A DNA stretch of 64,000 bases, from the NCBI GenBank assembly GCA_964584025.1, contig CAZOYE010000011.1, forward strand, positions 25,588 to 89,587, in the 5' to 3' direction. This stretch comes from an uncultured Ignavibacteria bacterium. GTDB taxonomy: Bacteria; Zixibacteria; MSB-5A5; CAIYYT01. The number at the start of each line of letters is the position of its first letter. Positions within the stretch are counted from its first letter, which is position 1. The position numbers and the translations under genes were made by a program. This document shows positions 8,767-19,494 of the stretch, piece after piece. A model generated the notes under the pieces. It was given only the letters and a program-made list of their open reading frames with translations. It was not told where the DNA came from and searched no databases.

Positions 8767-10323
8767 TTAGAAGTAGCCGGTGAAATTCACGAAGAAGCGC
8801 GGCGACTTCTTGGTCCGGGTGTTCTCGTACTCGAGAATACTCTGCTCAAGGATTTCGGCGCCCTTCTCGGTCTGCTCTTCGGTACTGAACTCTGCCGCCA
8901 AATCCACGTGGATTTGCGACCAGTGAATTCCCGTGCCGAAGGAGAAGGTCGTTCGCGTGACGTTGTCACCGAGGACGAATCCTTCGAGAGGCTGGTCGTC
9001 TACGTTTCTCTGGAGGTCGCTGACATCGCGGTACGGGAGCTTGGTGTAACGGAAACCGGCACGCAGCGGGAAGGTCCCCAACTTGCTGGGAACCAGGTAC
9101 TCACCACCGAGCCGGATTTGGTAACTGGACTCGAGATCAAGCTCGAACTCGTTGAAAATCTCGATATACTCGCCTTTGGCATCGTAATAGGACGTTTCGG
9201 TCGAATCGACGTAGTAAATCGAGCCGGGGAGAGTGAAGAGATTGACGGAATCAGCGGAGTTATTCGGCGCCTGCTCTGAACGCACGTAATATTTCACACT
9301 GCTCGAACTACGAACCTCGAAGTCAGCAGACACAGTGAATGCCGTCGTCGGTTTGGCGGCAACACCGAAACCGATAGTGAGGGGCTGTTCGACCTTGGTC
9401 TTGGCACGAAAGAGAGTTGGTTTGATCGCTACGGGAGTTCCCTGACCCGGAGCATCCAGGGAACGAAATGAGATCGTATCGGCGCGCTTCAAGTCGTGAT
9501 CAGTCGCCATTTCAAATGGGAGCTGAACATTGACGCCGACCTGGACCTTCTCCGCCTGATAGAGGAAGCCGGCACCAAAGCCGAAGCCGGAGAGATCGGT
9601 TAAATCTTCCATCCTTATTCTGTCGTAGAATTCAACGGAGTCGAGCACCTGTCCGGCGAAGAACAACTCGGTTGAATCGAGAACTGCGCGCAGGTATTCA
9701 CCGCGGCCAGAGCCACTATACACGTTCGCGACGATACCGCCGGAGAGACGACCGTAAATGCCGGTGCCAAAACCGAGGGAGAATTTATCAACGTGGCCGT
9801 TCTGAGTGCTCGTGAAGTTCGCAGCAGTCAACTCCTCCATCTCGTATGCCGTCACCGGCTGCAAGTAGTAGAAGGTGTCATCGCGCTTTCCAAGGCGATC
9901 ATCGCTGTTATCCTGGATTCGTTGATAGGTTCCCGAGCCGACAAAGAGATGACCCTTAATCCGAATCGGGGCTACGAAAGAGCCAAATTCGAGGTTGAGA
10001 AGATCTTTGGTTAGTTTGGTAGTGAGGTTCCTGGATGAGGAGCCAACGTAGTTGAAGGAGTTCTCGGTTTCATGTCGATAGACCGAACCGGCGACAGAGG
10101 CTTGCGTCTTGGTGACCTGAATGAGCCCGGCCGGATTCCAAGTTAGCGCAGAAGCGTCATCGGCGAGGCCGACAAAAGCGCCGCCCATACCGCGAGCGCG
10201 CGCGCCGGCACCGAGGTGCTCCTGGTCGTACATGCTAAATCCATATAAGTGAAAATCTTGCGCAACTGCAGACCCCACCGCCAAAAGGAATATTAGCAAC
10301 CCACTCGCTGCAAATCTCCGCAT
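8767..10323 (-). CDS. PorV-like (FadL-type) outer-membrane beta-barrel protein, T9SS-associated
   Basis: Signal peptide MRRFAASGLLIFLLAVGSAVAQDF. The motif GAGARARGMGGAFVGLADDASALTWNPAGL matches the PorV/FadL N-terminal signature closely. C-terminal aromatic (…FTGYF) gives an outer-membrane beta-signal. Confidence 0.55.
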   Translation of the reverse strand: MRRFAASGLLIFLLAVGSAVAQDFHLYGFSMYDQEHLGAGARARGMGGAFVGLADDASALTWNPAGLIQVTKTQASVAGSVYRHETENSFNYVGSSSRNLTTKLTKDLLNLEFGSFVAPIRIKGHLFVGSGTYQRIQDNSDDRLGKRDDTFYYLQPVTAYEMEELTAANFTSTQNGHVDKFSLGFGTGIYGRLSGGIVANVYSGSGRGEYLRAVLDSTELFFAGQVLDSVEFYDRIRMEDLTDLSGFGFGAGFLYQAEKVQVGVNVQLPFEMATDHDLKRADTISFRSLDAPGQGTPVAIKPTLFRAKTKVEQPLTIGFGVAAKPTTAFTVSADFEVRSSSSVKYYVRSEQAPNNSADSVNLFTLPGSIYYVDSTETSYYDAKGEYIEIFNEFELDLESSYQIRLGGEYLVPSKLGTFPLRAGFRYTKLPYRDVSDLQRNVDDQPLEGFVLGDNVTRTTFSFGTGIHWSQIHVDLAAEFSTEEQTEKGAEILEQSILEYENTRTKKSPRFFVNFTGYF

Positions 10324-10369
10324 AACTCAGACACTCCTTATGTACTTCCCTCTCCAAATTTAAGCAGCC

Positions 10370-10398
10370 AATATAGATTGAGCCGTAAGGCGTGTCAA
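10370..10398 (-). promoter_or_regulatory. sigma-70-type promoter for the PorV-like gene
   Basis: Minus strand TTGACA (10393-10398), a 17-nt spacer, then TATATT (10370-10375). An AAGGAG RBS precedes the ATG at 10323. Confidence 0.5.
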
Positions 10399-10519
10399 CG
10401 CTTTTTTGGCTGCAGCAATTCCCGCTTCGAAGACGCACTCGCACTGCTGGTTGTTTAATGACAATCGGTTAGAGAGACCCGGCGCGACGCCCTCAGAGCC
10501 GATGGGCGTTCGCTGCGGA

Positions 10520-11923
10520 CTAATTGGATTCGCTTTCAGAGTCGCTACCGACGGCAGCTTCGGCGCCGCCCATCATGCCGTATTCGTGGAGTTTGTTGCG
10601 CAAGGTACGAGTGGTGATGCCGAGGGCGTCCGCTGCCTTGGTGCGATTGCCGTCGAAGCCCTCCAGCGCCTTGAGGATCATCAGTTTTTCCATTTCGGCG
10701 AGCGGCAAGATACTGTCGGCTGCGACGGTGGAATGCCGCGCCAGTTCACCGAGGGCCAAATGGCTCGGCAGGTCGGCCTCGGTCAGGCGGTCGGACTTGC
10801 AGAGAACCACGGCGCGCTCGATGTAGTTTTCCAGCTCACGAATATTGCCGGGCCAGTGGTAGCCGAGAAGCAGTTTCATCGCTTTCTCGGTAACTCCTTT
10901 GACCTGCCGCTGGTTTTCCTCGTTGAATTTGCGAATGAAATGATCGGCGAGCATCGGGATATCATTCGGGCGCTTTCTCAAGGGCGGCAGGGTCAGCGGA
11001 ATGACGTTCAGCCGATAGAAGAGATCCTGGCGGAAGCGGCCGGCGGCGATTTCCTCTTCGAGATTACGATTGGTCGTGGCGACGAGGCGGACGTCAACCT
11101 TGATCGTCTGTCCGGAGCCGACGCGTTCGAATTCCCGCTCTTGAATGACGCGCAGGAGTTTGGCCTGAATGCTGGTGGGAATCTCGCTGACCTCATCAAG
11201 GAACAAGGTCCCACCGTCGGCCAGTTCGAAGCGACCGGAGTTCTGCTTGACGGCGTGCGTAAAGGCGCCCTTCTCATGGCCGAACAACTCCGATTCGATC
11301 AGTCCTTCGGGCAATGCAGCGCAGTTCAGTTTAACGAACGGCCCCTGCTTGCGCGGTGAATTGTAGTGAATCGCCCGCGCGATCAGCTCCTTGCCGGTAC
11401 CGGACTCGCCGCGGATCAGGATCGTCGAGCGCGATTTGGCCGCCGAAGCCAGGTCCTCGAGCAAGGTGAGGAGTTGTTTATCGGCGCCGACGATATTGCC
11501 GAAGTTGTAGCGGCTGCGGATTTCGCTGCGGAGAATGCGATTTTCAATAATTAACTGGCGGTGCCCAAGGGCCTTGTTGAGCGAGATTTCGAGTTCATCG
11601 GGGAGGACCGGTTTGAGAATGTAGTCAAAGGCGCCTTTCTTCATGGCGTCGACAGCGTCCTTTACGGTGCCGTGTGCGGTAATCATCATGACGACGGCTT
11701 CGGGAGCTTCGATCTTGATTTTGTCCAGCAGCTCAATGCCGCTCATGCCGGGCATCTTGACGTCGGACATGATGACGTCGAATTCGACGTTCTGAATCAG
11801 CGGCAATGCTGCTTCACCTGACGAGGCCGTTTGGACGTCATGGCCGAGCTTGGTCAAGACCGCAGAGAAGAATTCATTGACCAGGGCGTCGTCATCAACG
11901 ACGAGGATCGAACGCTTGCTCAT
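10520..11923 (-). CDS. sigma-54-dependent response regulator (NtrC family bEBP)
   Basis: Receiver domain (ILVVDDD...[10 protein letters not shown]), AAA+ sigma-54 activation domain ([27 protein letters not shown]-type motif), and a C-terminal Fis-type HTH ([19 protein letters not shown]). Confidence 0.9.
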   Translation of the reverse strand: MSKRSILVVDDDALVNEFFSAVLTKLGHDVQTASSGEAALPLIQNVEFDVIMSDVKMPGMSGIELLDKIKIEAPEAVVMMITAHGTVKDAVDAMKKGAFDYILKPVLPDELEISLNKALGHRQLIIENRILRSEIRSRYNFGNIVGADKQLLTLLEDLASAAKSRSTILIRGESGTGKELIARAIHYNSPRKQGPFVKLNCAALPEGLIESELFGHEKGAFTHAVKQNSGRFELADGGTLFLDEVSEIPTSIQAKLLRVIQEREFERVGSGQTIKVDVRLVATTNRNLEEEIAAGRFRQDLFYRLNVIPLTLPPLRKRPNDIPMLADHFIRKFNEENQRQVKGVTEKAMKLLLGYHWPGNIRELENYIERAVVLCKSDRLTEADLPSHLALGELARHSTVAADSILPLAEMEKLMILKALEGFDGNRTKAADALGITTRTLRNKLHEYGMMGGAEAAVGSDSESESN

Positions 11924-13170
11924 GCCGACCTCAGGGGCAGTTCAATCGTAAAAGTTGAACCGCGATCAGGATTATTGGCGACCAGAATGGCGCCGCGATG
12001 GGCATCAACAACCTTCTTCACAAGCGCCAGACCGAGGCCGGTTCCGCCCTCACGCGTCGTGAAGAACGGAGTGAATATTTTTTCTCGAATGGCATCGGGG
12101 ACACTGCTGCCTTGATCGCAAACCTGGATGCGCGATTGACGACTATCGGCTGAGAGGCGAACGGTTATCGTGCCGCCACCCGGCATGGCTTCGTCGGCGT
12201 TTTTGAGCAAATTGATCAACGCCCCGGAGAGATTTTCACGATCGAAGGCACAGAGGGTCTTGCGGCGCGGCAATTCCAGGTGAAGCTGCGAGGCTGAAGA
12301 GCGCGAGGAGAGATCGACGCGGAAGAAGTCGACGGTTTCCTGCACAAATTCATTGAGGTCGGCTTCGCGCGGCTCGTGGCGCAGATCGCGGGCATATTCG
12401 AGCAGGGACGTCACCGAGCGATTGAGCTTGTCGACACCGGCGATGATTTTGTTCACATAGGCAATCTGCGGATGGTCCTCGCCAAGTTCGGAGCGCAGCA
12501 AGGCGGCGAAACCGGCGATACCGGAAAGCGGATTCCGGACTTCGTGGGCTACCACGGCGGCAACTTCACCCAAAGCGGCGAGGCTTTTGACGCGGGCGAC
12601 TTCGTCTTCCATGCGCCGCAGCTCGGTCAGATCGACAAAGACCTCGAGGGCACCAACGATCTGCTCGTTGGCATCGGTGATGGGGGCACTGGATGCCGAA
12701 ATCGGGACTTCTTCCCCGCCGGCAACCCCGATGCGTTTCTCAACCAGTTTGAAGCTCTTTTTGCCGTCGAGGATACTCAGCAACGAATGCTGGCGCGCGA
12801 GAGCGCCCGAGAGAATTTCGTTGTAGTACTTCCCCACGGCAGCCGAAGGTTTAACGCGCAGAATGTCGCAACCGGCTTTGTTGATCGCGTTGATACGGCC
12901 ATCGAGGTCGACCGTGAGGACACCGGCGGTCAAAGACTCCAAGACATTATGCAGGAAGTTACGGGTGCGAATGTTCTGATCGAGAGCCGCGACCAATTTC
13001 TCATTGGCGGCGGTGAGATCATCGGAAAGCCGCTGGTGCCGCACCTGCAGCGCGCTGTACGACTCGTTAAGCTGGCGGATCGTCTCGTTGAAACTGGCAA
13101 AGGTGTCATTGAAGACGGCCAATTGTTCCGCGCTGATCTCGGGAGTCGTTGCTTTTGGTTGCGGCTTCAT
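11920..13170 (-). CDS. PAS-domain sensor histidine kinase, cognate to the NtrC-like regulator
   Basis: H-box [10 protein letters not shown] and ATPase G-box [15 protein letters not shown] 4-nt overlap (ATGA) with the downstream regulator gene indicates translational coupling. Confidence 0.85.
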   Translation of the reverse strand: MKPQPKATTPEISAEQLAVFNDTFASFNETIRQLNESYSALQVRHQRLSDDLTAANEKLVAALDQNIRTRNFLHNVLESLTAGVLTVDLDGRINAINKAGCDILRVKPSAAVGKYYNEILSGALARQHSLLSILDGKKSFKLVEKRIGVAGGEEVPISASSAPITDANEQIVGALEVFVDLTELRRMEDEVARVKSLAALGEVAAVVAHEVRNPLSGIAGFAALLRSELGEDHPQIAYVNKIIAGVDKLNRSVTSLLEYARDLRHEPREADLNEFVQETVDFFRVDLSSRSSASQLHLELPRRKTLCAFDRENLSGALINLLKNADEAMPGGGTITVRLSADSRQSRIQVCDQGSSVPDAIREKIFTPFFTTREGGTGLGLALVKKVVDAHRGAILVANNPDRGSTFTIELPLRSA

Positions 13171-13235
13171 ATTACTGCAGAATTTGGCGAACTTGGCCGG
13201 ATTTGCAACAAAAACATTGCCCCGGTTGAGATCGA

Positions 13236-14069
13236 TCAGTCGAGTGAGTCGAGAAAGTCAGCGTAAGCGGCCTGAAGCTGCTCTCCTGAGATATTGACCC
13301 CCGAATTGTGTCCGCCCTCGATACGCAGGAACTTCTTCGGTCCGCGAGCCGCTGCAAAGAGCTTTTCAGCCAGTTCAAATGGGACAACTTCGTCGTTCGG
13401 GCTGTGAATGACCAAGACGGGAATGTCCGCTTCCCTCAGAATCACCTCGGAATCGAACTTTTCGGTCAAGATCAAGCTTACGGGGAGATAAGGGAATTTC
13501 TTGCGCGCGATATCGGTCATGGAGTTAAAGGTCGATTCGAGGATCAATCCGGAGAGCGGCAGATGGGTCGAGAGCCTCACGGCCACGGCACCGCCGAGCG
13601 AGCGCCCCATGCCGATGTACTTCACAGAGTCGGCGCCAAAGCGCTGGCGCAGATGAGCTCCGAGTGTGGCCAGGTCCAGATCGAGGGCGCGCTCCGAGAC
13701 GGAACCGGGCGTTCCGGAGTAGCCGCGATATTCGAAGGCGATCACCCCGACGCCGAGATCATGAAGGGTCTGATAGAGGTCGAGATTGGTGGAAATGTTG
13801 TCGGCATTGCCGTGGAAGCAGACGACGAGTTTGCGCGCGCCCTCCCGCGGGATGTACCAACACAAGAAGCGATTGCCGTCGGTCGACTCCAGCCAAATCT
13901 CTTCGAAGGCCAGGCCGGCGTCCGTCGGCGTAGCAATGACGGCGCGGTACGGAAAGTAGATTAGTTGCTTCTGAAACAACCACGCCGCGACGACGATTAA
14001 GAAGTAACCGACAAGCAGCGCGACGAGCACGACATACATACGAGGTTTCTTTCTGGCAGAGTCCGTCAA
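13236..14069 (-). CDS. alpha/beta hydrolase (serine hydrolase, N-terminal membrane anchor)
   Basis: N-terminal transmembrane helix, GMGRSLGG nucleophile elbow (GxSxG), and a downstream Asp/His in alpha/beta-hydrolase order. Confidence 0.7.
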   Translation of the reverse strand: MTDSARKKPRMYVVLVALLVGYFLIVVAAWLFQKQLIYFPYRAVIATPTDAGLAFEEIWLESTDGNRFLCWYIPREGARKLVVCFHGNADNISTNLDLYQTLHDLGVGVIAFEYRGYSGTPGSVSERALDLDLATLGAHLRQRFGADSVKYIGMGRSLGGAVAVRLSTHLPLSGLILESTFNSMTDIARKKFPYLPVSLILTEKFDSEVILREADIPVLVIHSPNDEVVPFELAEKLFAAARGPKKFLRIEGGHNSGVNISGEQLQAAYADFLDSLD

Positions 14070-14110
14070 TTGGTTTCCTCGCCGCTAAGATACGGTCTTC
14101 GCCGGCTCCC

Positions 14111-14146
14111 CAAAAGAAAAAGGCGACAGCCGAAAGGTTGCCGCCT
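14111..14146 (-). terminator. Rho-independent terminator after the second GWxTD gene
   Basis: Imperfect 10-bp stem (GGCGGCAACC / GGCTGTCGCC, 8/10 paired) with a TTTC loop, followed on the minus strand by TTTTTCTTTTGGGG. Confidence 0.55.
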
Positions 14147-14167
14147 CAAATAGTACGGTTTGTCGGC

Positions 14168-15577
14168 TCAGCGGTAACTTTCGCTTTCGATATCCTTTTC
14201 CCATTCAGGATTCTGGATCTCGCCCTTGATGGTGGAATGGACCAGGCGGTAGTTGCCGTAACCATCCTGATCGACAAAGAGACAATAATCACCGCCGGCC
14301 TGATTGGGCAGACGGTCGTAATACCATTTTTCGTACGGCTTTTGCCCCATTGCCGATGGCTTGCGTTCGACGTTGTCGGGCTGGCCATAAGTGATGTAGA
14401 CTCGGCCGCGATCGGTTTTCCAGCCATCTTCGCGCGCGATCAACGAGGTCGAGTAGTACTGATTGGCATAGGCAAACCGCCGAAAGATCTCGTTCTTGAA
14501 CGTATTGATCTTGCTTCCCGGCGAGGGATTTTTTCTCTCCCAGAACTGGCCGAGAAAGTTCTTCTTGCCCTCGAGGTCGAGATCGCGATAGAGGGCTTTT
14601 TCTTCCTTGGTCGTGACGTACTTGATGACGTTTTCCATCAGGTCAGCATCATCCTGGGTGAACTGGTCGGGCGTGATCTGCGTGGGCGCAAGCTGTTCGA
14701 AATTGTAGATCATCCAGAATTTCTTGGAAGCGCTGGTCTTGTTGCCGGTTGCCAGGTCTTCGACGATCACGCTGAGTTCATAGGTGCCGCCGGGGATGCC
14801 GGCAATGTTGACCTTTTCCATGAGCACGGCGCTCGTCCCCGGTTTGTGCCGACGTTTGACGGGGTACTCACGCATATCGAAGCCGTAGTTGTCGCGGAGC
14901 AAGGTCTTGACTTCAAAGTTCTCCCCTTCTCCCGTACCCGCGGCAAAGTTGTAGACTTCGGCATAGAAGTACACGAGCGTGTCCTCGTTGGAGAAATAGC
15001 GATTCGGGTTTGGCAGAACGCGCCGATTAGCCTTGATCAGCGACGAGAGGGGGTCGAAGCCCGGCGAGTTGACTTCGAGAGTATCGATCGAGTACGCCAA
15101 CTCGAGGTCGGACATCGCGAAGTGATCCGTCGTGAAGTCGCGCACCTGCAAGTCGAAGGTCGCAAGTCCGCTGCGCTTGGTCTTGTAGTCGACAGCGGTC
15201 ACTTTCATGCTATAGGCGCCACTCGGCAACAGCAGGGGCAGAACCTCGAAGATGCGAACGTCGGTCTTGTAGGCGTCATCCAGAAAGCGCACCCCCATCG
15301 GCACGAGTTTAGAACTGGAGTCGATTACGGCGCCGTGGTGGTCTTTGGCTTCAACGTACAACAGCGCCAGAGCCGAGTAGTAGTTGCTGTCGACTTCGAA
15401 CTGGAAGTCGGCCCGCTGGATGGCGACGTAGATTTCGACATAGGTTTTGCTGCGATCCTGGAAATAGATATACGAGCTTCCATCGGCCCAGACGCGAATC
15501 GGCTCGACGCCGCTTTGTGCCTGCAGCGCTGCGGCGCTAACGATCAGGAGCGCCATGGCCCATTGCATTGCTCTCAT
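14168..15577 (-). CDS. GWxTD domain-containing secreted protein (paralogue 2)
   Basis: C-terminal GWKTDRGRVYITYGQPD is the GWxTD motif. Signal peptide MRAMQWAMALLIVSAAALQAQ. Start taken at the internal Met to avoid overlapping the upstream paralogue. Confidence 0.7.
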   Translation of the reverse strand: MRAMQWAMALLIVSAAALQAQSGVEPIRVWADGSSYIYFQDRSKTYVEIYVAIQRADFQFEVDSNYYSALALLYVEAKDHHGAVIDSSSKLVPMGVRFLDDAYKTDVRIFEVLPLLLPSGAYSMKVTAVDYKTKRSGLATFDLQVRDFTTDHFAMSDLELAYSIDTLEVNSPGFDPLSSLIKANRRVLPNPNRYFSNEDTLVYFYAEVYNFAAGTGEGENFEVKTLLRDNYGFDMREYPVKRRHKPGTSAVLMEKVNIAGIPGGTYELSVIVEDLATGNKTSASKKFWMIYNFEQLAPTQITPDQFTQDDADLMENVIKYVTTKEEKALYRDLDLEGKKNFLGQFWERKNPSPGSKINTFKNEIFRRFAYANQYYSTSLIAREDGWKTDRGRVYITYGQPDNVERKPSAMGQKPYEKWYYDRLPNQAGGDYCLFVDQDGYGNYRLVHSTIKGEIQNPEWEKDIESESYR

Positions 15578-15603
15578 ACGAATATTAACTCCTGTCAGGG
15601 GCC

Positions 15604-16914
15604 TTATGGCCCGAGTGTCCCACGACTTCGCCAATCACCGTCGTACGGGTACTGCAACTGCATGTCGCCGTCCCCGCGCGTATCTTCAAAAACGAAAGTG
15701 CGCCGTTGCGTAAAATAGTACCAAACCTGATAGGGCTTGCGTCCGAGTTCGAAGGGATGATTATCGATGTCATCGGGCGCACCGTAGCGGATATAGATCA
15801 TGCCCCGATCCGATTGCCAGCCTTCGCGGTTGACGGTCGAATAGTATTGGTTCGCATAGCGGATGCGGCGATAGTACTCTTCGCGAAACTCGTTTTCAGG
15901 ACTGCTGGGTGTCGGGTCTTTAGACTTCCACCAGTCTTCAAACGCCTGTTCGCGGAGTGAATCGGGCGTCTGCTCGAGGGCCTTTTTTTCATCTTTCTTG
16001 AGCACGTACTTCAACTGGCTCAGCGCATAGTCAAAATCGTTGCGCAAGAGGCTCTGGAGCGACCACTTGACCTGAAAGGCTTCTTCCCGTTCAGCCAGAT
16101 TCTCGCCCTGGTAATCGAGTCGGACCTTGAGGAAGTAATCGCCCGGAACGAGGTCGCCGATCTCAACGAACTGCTGAACGCCGAGGACGGTAGTATCGAC
16201 CGGGACTTCATTGTCTTTGCGAACATCAAAGCCGGAGCGTCGGGCGCGGAGCTCGTACGACAGGGTCATTTGCTTGTTGACGTAGTCGGCTGCATAGATC
16301 TCGACATAGAACCCGAGGGGTTGCTCATCGGAGTCGAAGGCGCGCTCGACTGTCGGAACGGCAGCCAAGCCGTGTTTGTTGAAGGGCGAGCTGCTGTCGA
16401 CCGAAGTGATCTCCTGGATGAACTGAATATCCGAGAGATCGCGGGCGCGTTTGAAGGGGTAACTCTCGATCGTGCCTTCAATCGTCTGGACGTCGTTGGA
16501 GTTGTGGTCGATCAGCTTGCAGACCAGTCGATACTGCCCCGGCGGAATCGGTAGAGTCAGCTGATTGATCAAGAAGCCGCGATCGGACTTGGTGAGGTCG
16601 TAGCTATCAAGGACATAGGTACGCTCGACCGAGCGGCCGGTAACCTGCAGGTCGTGCTCGCCGAGGACGATAACGTTGACTTCGTAGTTGGCGATATACT
16701 TGTCGGCTTTCTTGACGTAGTTCAGGCCGTCATTGAAGATCTTGTAGTAGACCTCAAGACGATTCTGGGCTCCGGTATCGGCGAAGACGGCGACATCCAT
16801 GAAGAACTTCGAACGATCCAGGTTGATATCGTCGCCGCCTTCGGCTAAAAGCGCCGAAGCGGCAGCAAGAACCTGAATAAGAAGGATTGGAAGAAGGCTG
16901 CGAAATCTGGGCAT
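15604..16914 (-). CDS. GWxTD domain-containing secreted protein (paralogue 1)
   Basis: EGWQSDRGMIYIRYGAPDDID GWxTD motif. Signal peptide MPRFRSLLPILLIQVLAAASALLA. Architecture parallels the adjacent paralogue. Confidence 0.7.
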   Translation of the reverse strand: MPRFRSLLPILLIQVLAAASALLAEGGDDINLDRSKFFMDVAVFADTGAQNRLEVYYKIFNDGLNYVKKADKYIANYEVNVIVLGEHDLQVTGRSVERTYVLDSYDLTKSDRGFLINQLTLPIPPGQYRLVCKLIDHNSNDVQTIEGTIESYPFKRARDLSDIQFIQEITSVDSSSPFNKHGLAAVPTVERAFDSDEQPLGFYVEIYAADYVNKQMTLSYELRARRSGFDVRKDNEVPVDTTVLGVQQFVEIGDLVPGDYFLKVRLDYQGENLAEREEAFQVKWSLQSLLRNDFDYALSQLKYVLKKDEKKALEQTPDSLREQAFEDWWKSKDPTPSSPENEFREEYYRRIRYANQYYSTVNREGWQSDRGMIYIRYGAPDDIDNHPFELGRKPYQVWYYFTQRRTFVFEDTRGDGDMQLQYPYDGDWRSRGTLGP

Positions 16915-17038
16915 TGTTCTCTCAATTCTGGTCGCAAAGCTAATTGGTCAAACGGTTACGGCAAGCACTATTTATACGAGGTGACCTGCCCGACTGTTCA
17001 GTGGCAGGCGCCATTCGTTCGATGAGGTTGCGTCGAGG

Positions 17039-18280
17039 CTACTCGTAACGGAGGCTGACAATCGGGTCGACCGAGGCCGCCCGCCAGGCCGGCATGATAC
17101 CGGCGAGCAGGCCGACACCCGCCGCGATGACAAAGCTGATGAAGATCCAGACAAACGGCACCACCATAGGCAGGGGTGACAAGGCAGAAATCACAAAGGC
17201 GAGGACGAGCCCGCAAACGATGCCGATCATGCCACCCGTGCCGGATAGCGTCATGGCTTCCACCAGGAATTGGAAAAAGATATTGGCGCGGCGGGCACCG
17301 ATAGCCTTGCGGATACCGATTTCGCGCGTCCGCTCGGTAACCGAAACCAGCATGATATTAAGCACCCCGATGCCACCGACGAGCAACCCGACTGAGGCGA
17401 TTACCATCATGGCCACCCAGATGCCCAGAGTAAGTTGTTTGTAGGAATCGAGCAGGGTCTCCTGAGTGACGATGGCGAAATTGTCGTCGTCGCTGTACCT
17501 GACACCCCGTAGTCGCCGCAGGGCCTGACGGATTTCATCCTCGGCCTTCCGCATGGTCGTGGGGCTGCTGGCCTTGACGGCGAGCATGAGTTCTTTCTCC
17601 CAGGGATACATTTTCTGAAAGGTTCCGTATGGCAGCATAATGGTGTTGTCATTGGAATCGATCAAGGATGAGCGACGTTTCTCCATGACGCCGACGACGC
17701 GAAGGCGATTGTCGTTGACGAGGATGCTCTTGCCAATGGGCGATTCGTTGGGAAACAAGGTTTCGGAGATATCTTTGCCGATCACGCAGACCATGGCGCG
17801 GTGGAAGTCTTCGGAGGGCAGGAAAAAGCGGCCCTGTCCGATGTAGTGGTTGTTGACGGCTTCGTAATCGACGCTGGTGCCGAAGAGCGCAGAGCGGCTG
17901 GAGCTGTTGTTCTTGTACTTGACGATATTGCCGCCGGGGCGGAAGTAGTAGTTCTGGGGGCTCACGCCGTTGACACTGGGGCAATTCTCACGAATGGCGT
18001 TGGCCTCATCGAGCGTGATCGGTTTACGACTGCGTTCCTTTTCGGTGAGTTCGTTCCAGTTGGTGTTCGGCGGGTATTTCATAACCCAGAAGACATTGGA
18101 GCCCATAGCTTCGATGTCATCCGCGACGGCGCTGTTTAGACCCTGAATGAGCGATACCATCCCGATGACAGAGGCCACGCCGATCAGGACGCCGATGATG
18201 GTCATGATCGAACGGAACTTATTCGAGCGGATGGAATCGAGCGCCATGAGGACGCTTTCTTTGGTCTCGAAGATGTTCAT
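17039..18280 (-). CDS. ABC transporter permease, FtsX/MacB-like (paralogue B)
   Basis: MacB_PCD-like periplasmic domain flanked by a transmembrane helix, then a C-terminal FtsX 3-TM bundle (…[15 protein letters not shown]…). 4-nt overlap with the upstream gene. Confidence 0.8.
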   Translation of the reverse strand: MNIFETKESVLMALDSIRSNKFRSIMTIIGVLIGVASVIGMVSLIQGLNSAVADDIEAMGSNVFWVMKYPPNTNWNELTEKERSRKPITLDEANAIRENCPSVNGVSPQNYYFRPGGNIVKYKNNSSSRSALFGTSVDYEAVNNHYIGQGRFFLPSEDFHRAMVCVIGKDISETLFPNESPIGKSILVNDNRLRVVGVMEKRRSSLIDSNDNTIMLPYGTFQKMYPWEKELMLAVKASSPTTMRKAEDEIRQALRRLRGVRYSDDDNFAIVTQETLLDSYKQLTLGIWVAMMVIASVGLLVGGIGVLNIMLVSVTERTREIGIRKAIGARRANIFFQFLVEAMTLSGTGGMIGIVCGLVLAFVISALSPLPMVVPFVWIFISFVIAAGVGLLAGIMPAWRAASVDPIVSLRYE

Positions 18281-19494
18281 GACTCAAATCTCATGGCATC
18301 GACCGGATCGAGCTTGGCGGCTTTCCAGGCCGGATAGATCCCGAAAAAGATCCCGATGCTGGTCGGGATCAGGAGGCCGGTTGCCACCGCTGTCGGAGAA
18401 ATCACAAACGGTACGCCGAGCCAGTCGGAACAGAAGAACGAGATAAGAAGTCCCAGCGAGAGGCCGATGATACCGCCCTGCAAGGACATCAGGAGAGCTT
18501 CCAGCAAGAATTGCGACAGAATATTGCGACCGCGGGCACCGACGGCTTTGCGGATGCCGATTTCGCGGGTGCGCTCGGTCACGGAGACCATCATGATGTT
18601 CATGACGACAATCCCGGCGACAACCACCGAAATCAGCGGAATCATCATGCCGACGACGCGCGCGACGCCGGTAAAGTTCTCGACGAAGCCCATGATGGAG
18701 TCCTTGGTAAGCATGCCGAAGTCATCGGGATCGTGGTAACCGACATGGCGGCGCGCCCGCATTACCTGTCGAATTTGGTCCATCGCCTGATCCATCAACT
18801 CCTCGGAACGGACCTTGACCATAATGCTGACGTCCTGATGGCGGCCGGTGTATTTGAGCATCGTCTGGATCGGCACGTAACAGAAGCGATCGAGGTTTTC
18901 GCCGAAAATCGAACCGCGCTTCTTGTTGACGCCGATGACGGTGAACGAGGCGCCCCGGATAATGATCTCCTTGCCGAGGGGGTCCTCATAGGGGAAAAAC
19001 TTGTTCTTGATCTCTTCGCCGATGACTACCAGTTGGCGACGATGCTGGTCATCGAGGGCAGTAAAGAAACGGCCTTCCACGATCTCGATGTTGTTGATCT
19101 GGCCGGCATTGGCAGAGAGCCCTTCGATATGGACGTTGTATAGCGATTTGTTGTCACGCTTCACGGTGACGTTGCGTTCGCAAGAGACTCCGACGGCTTC
19201 CGCCAACGGCACCGACCGTTCGATAGCCCGGGCATCTTCAACGGTGATCTTCTTGCGCTTGATCGCCTTGAACCACTCGTCTTCCGACGTGATAATACCG
19301 AATCGCGTGACGTAGACCGTCGAAGCCCCCATTTCGTCAAAAACGTTGGCGATGCGGCGCATCATGCCGTCGAGCACCGAGATGATCGCAATCACTGAAG
19401 CGACGCCGATCATAACGCCGAGCAGCGTCAGGAAGGTGCGCAGCTTGTGTGCCCACAAGGCGGCGCCGGCGAGCTTCAGGGTCTCATAGATCAT
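18277..19494 (-). CDS. ABC transporter permease, FtsX/MacB-like (paralogue A)
   Basis: Same architecture as paralogue B (…[15 protein letters not shown]…). Tandem duplicate. Confidence 0.8.
   Translation of the reverse strand: MIYETLKLAGAALWAHKLRTFLTLLGVMIGVASVIAIISVLDGMMRRIANVFDEMGASTVYVTRFGIITSEDEWFKAIKRKKITVEDARAIERSVPLAEAVGVSCERNVTVKRDNKSLYNVHIEGLSANAGQINNIEIVEGRFFTALDDQHRRQLVVIGEEIKNKFFPYEDPLGKEIIIRGASFTVIGVNKKRGSIFGENLDRFCYVPIQTMLKYTGRHQDVSIMVKVRSEELMDQAMDQIRQVMRARRHVGYHDPDDFGMLTKDSIMGFVENFTGVARVVGMMIPLISVVVAGIVVMNIMMVSVTERTREIGIRKAVGARGRNILSQFLLEALLMSLQGGIIGLSLGLLISFFCSDWLGVPFVISPTAVATGLLIPTSIGIFFGIYPAWKAAKLDPVDAMRFES

Noticed and set aside
10406-13266. Plus-strand ORFs of 317 aa and 296 aa overlapping the NtrC and kinase genes
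   Set aside because: Antisense shadow ORFs. No domain signatures.
14138-15718. 526-aa plus-strand ORF antisense to the GWxTD genes
   Set aside because: Shadow ORF typical of high-GC DNA. Low-complexity Arg/Val/Gly-rich translation, no motifs, and it fully overlaps well-supported minus-strand genes.
16915-17038. Possible terminator hairpin CCTGCC...GGCAGG after the efflux operon
   Set aside because: Only a 6-bp stem with no T-tract on the relevant strand. Too weak to call.
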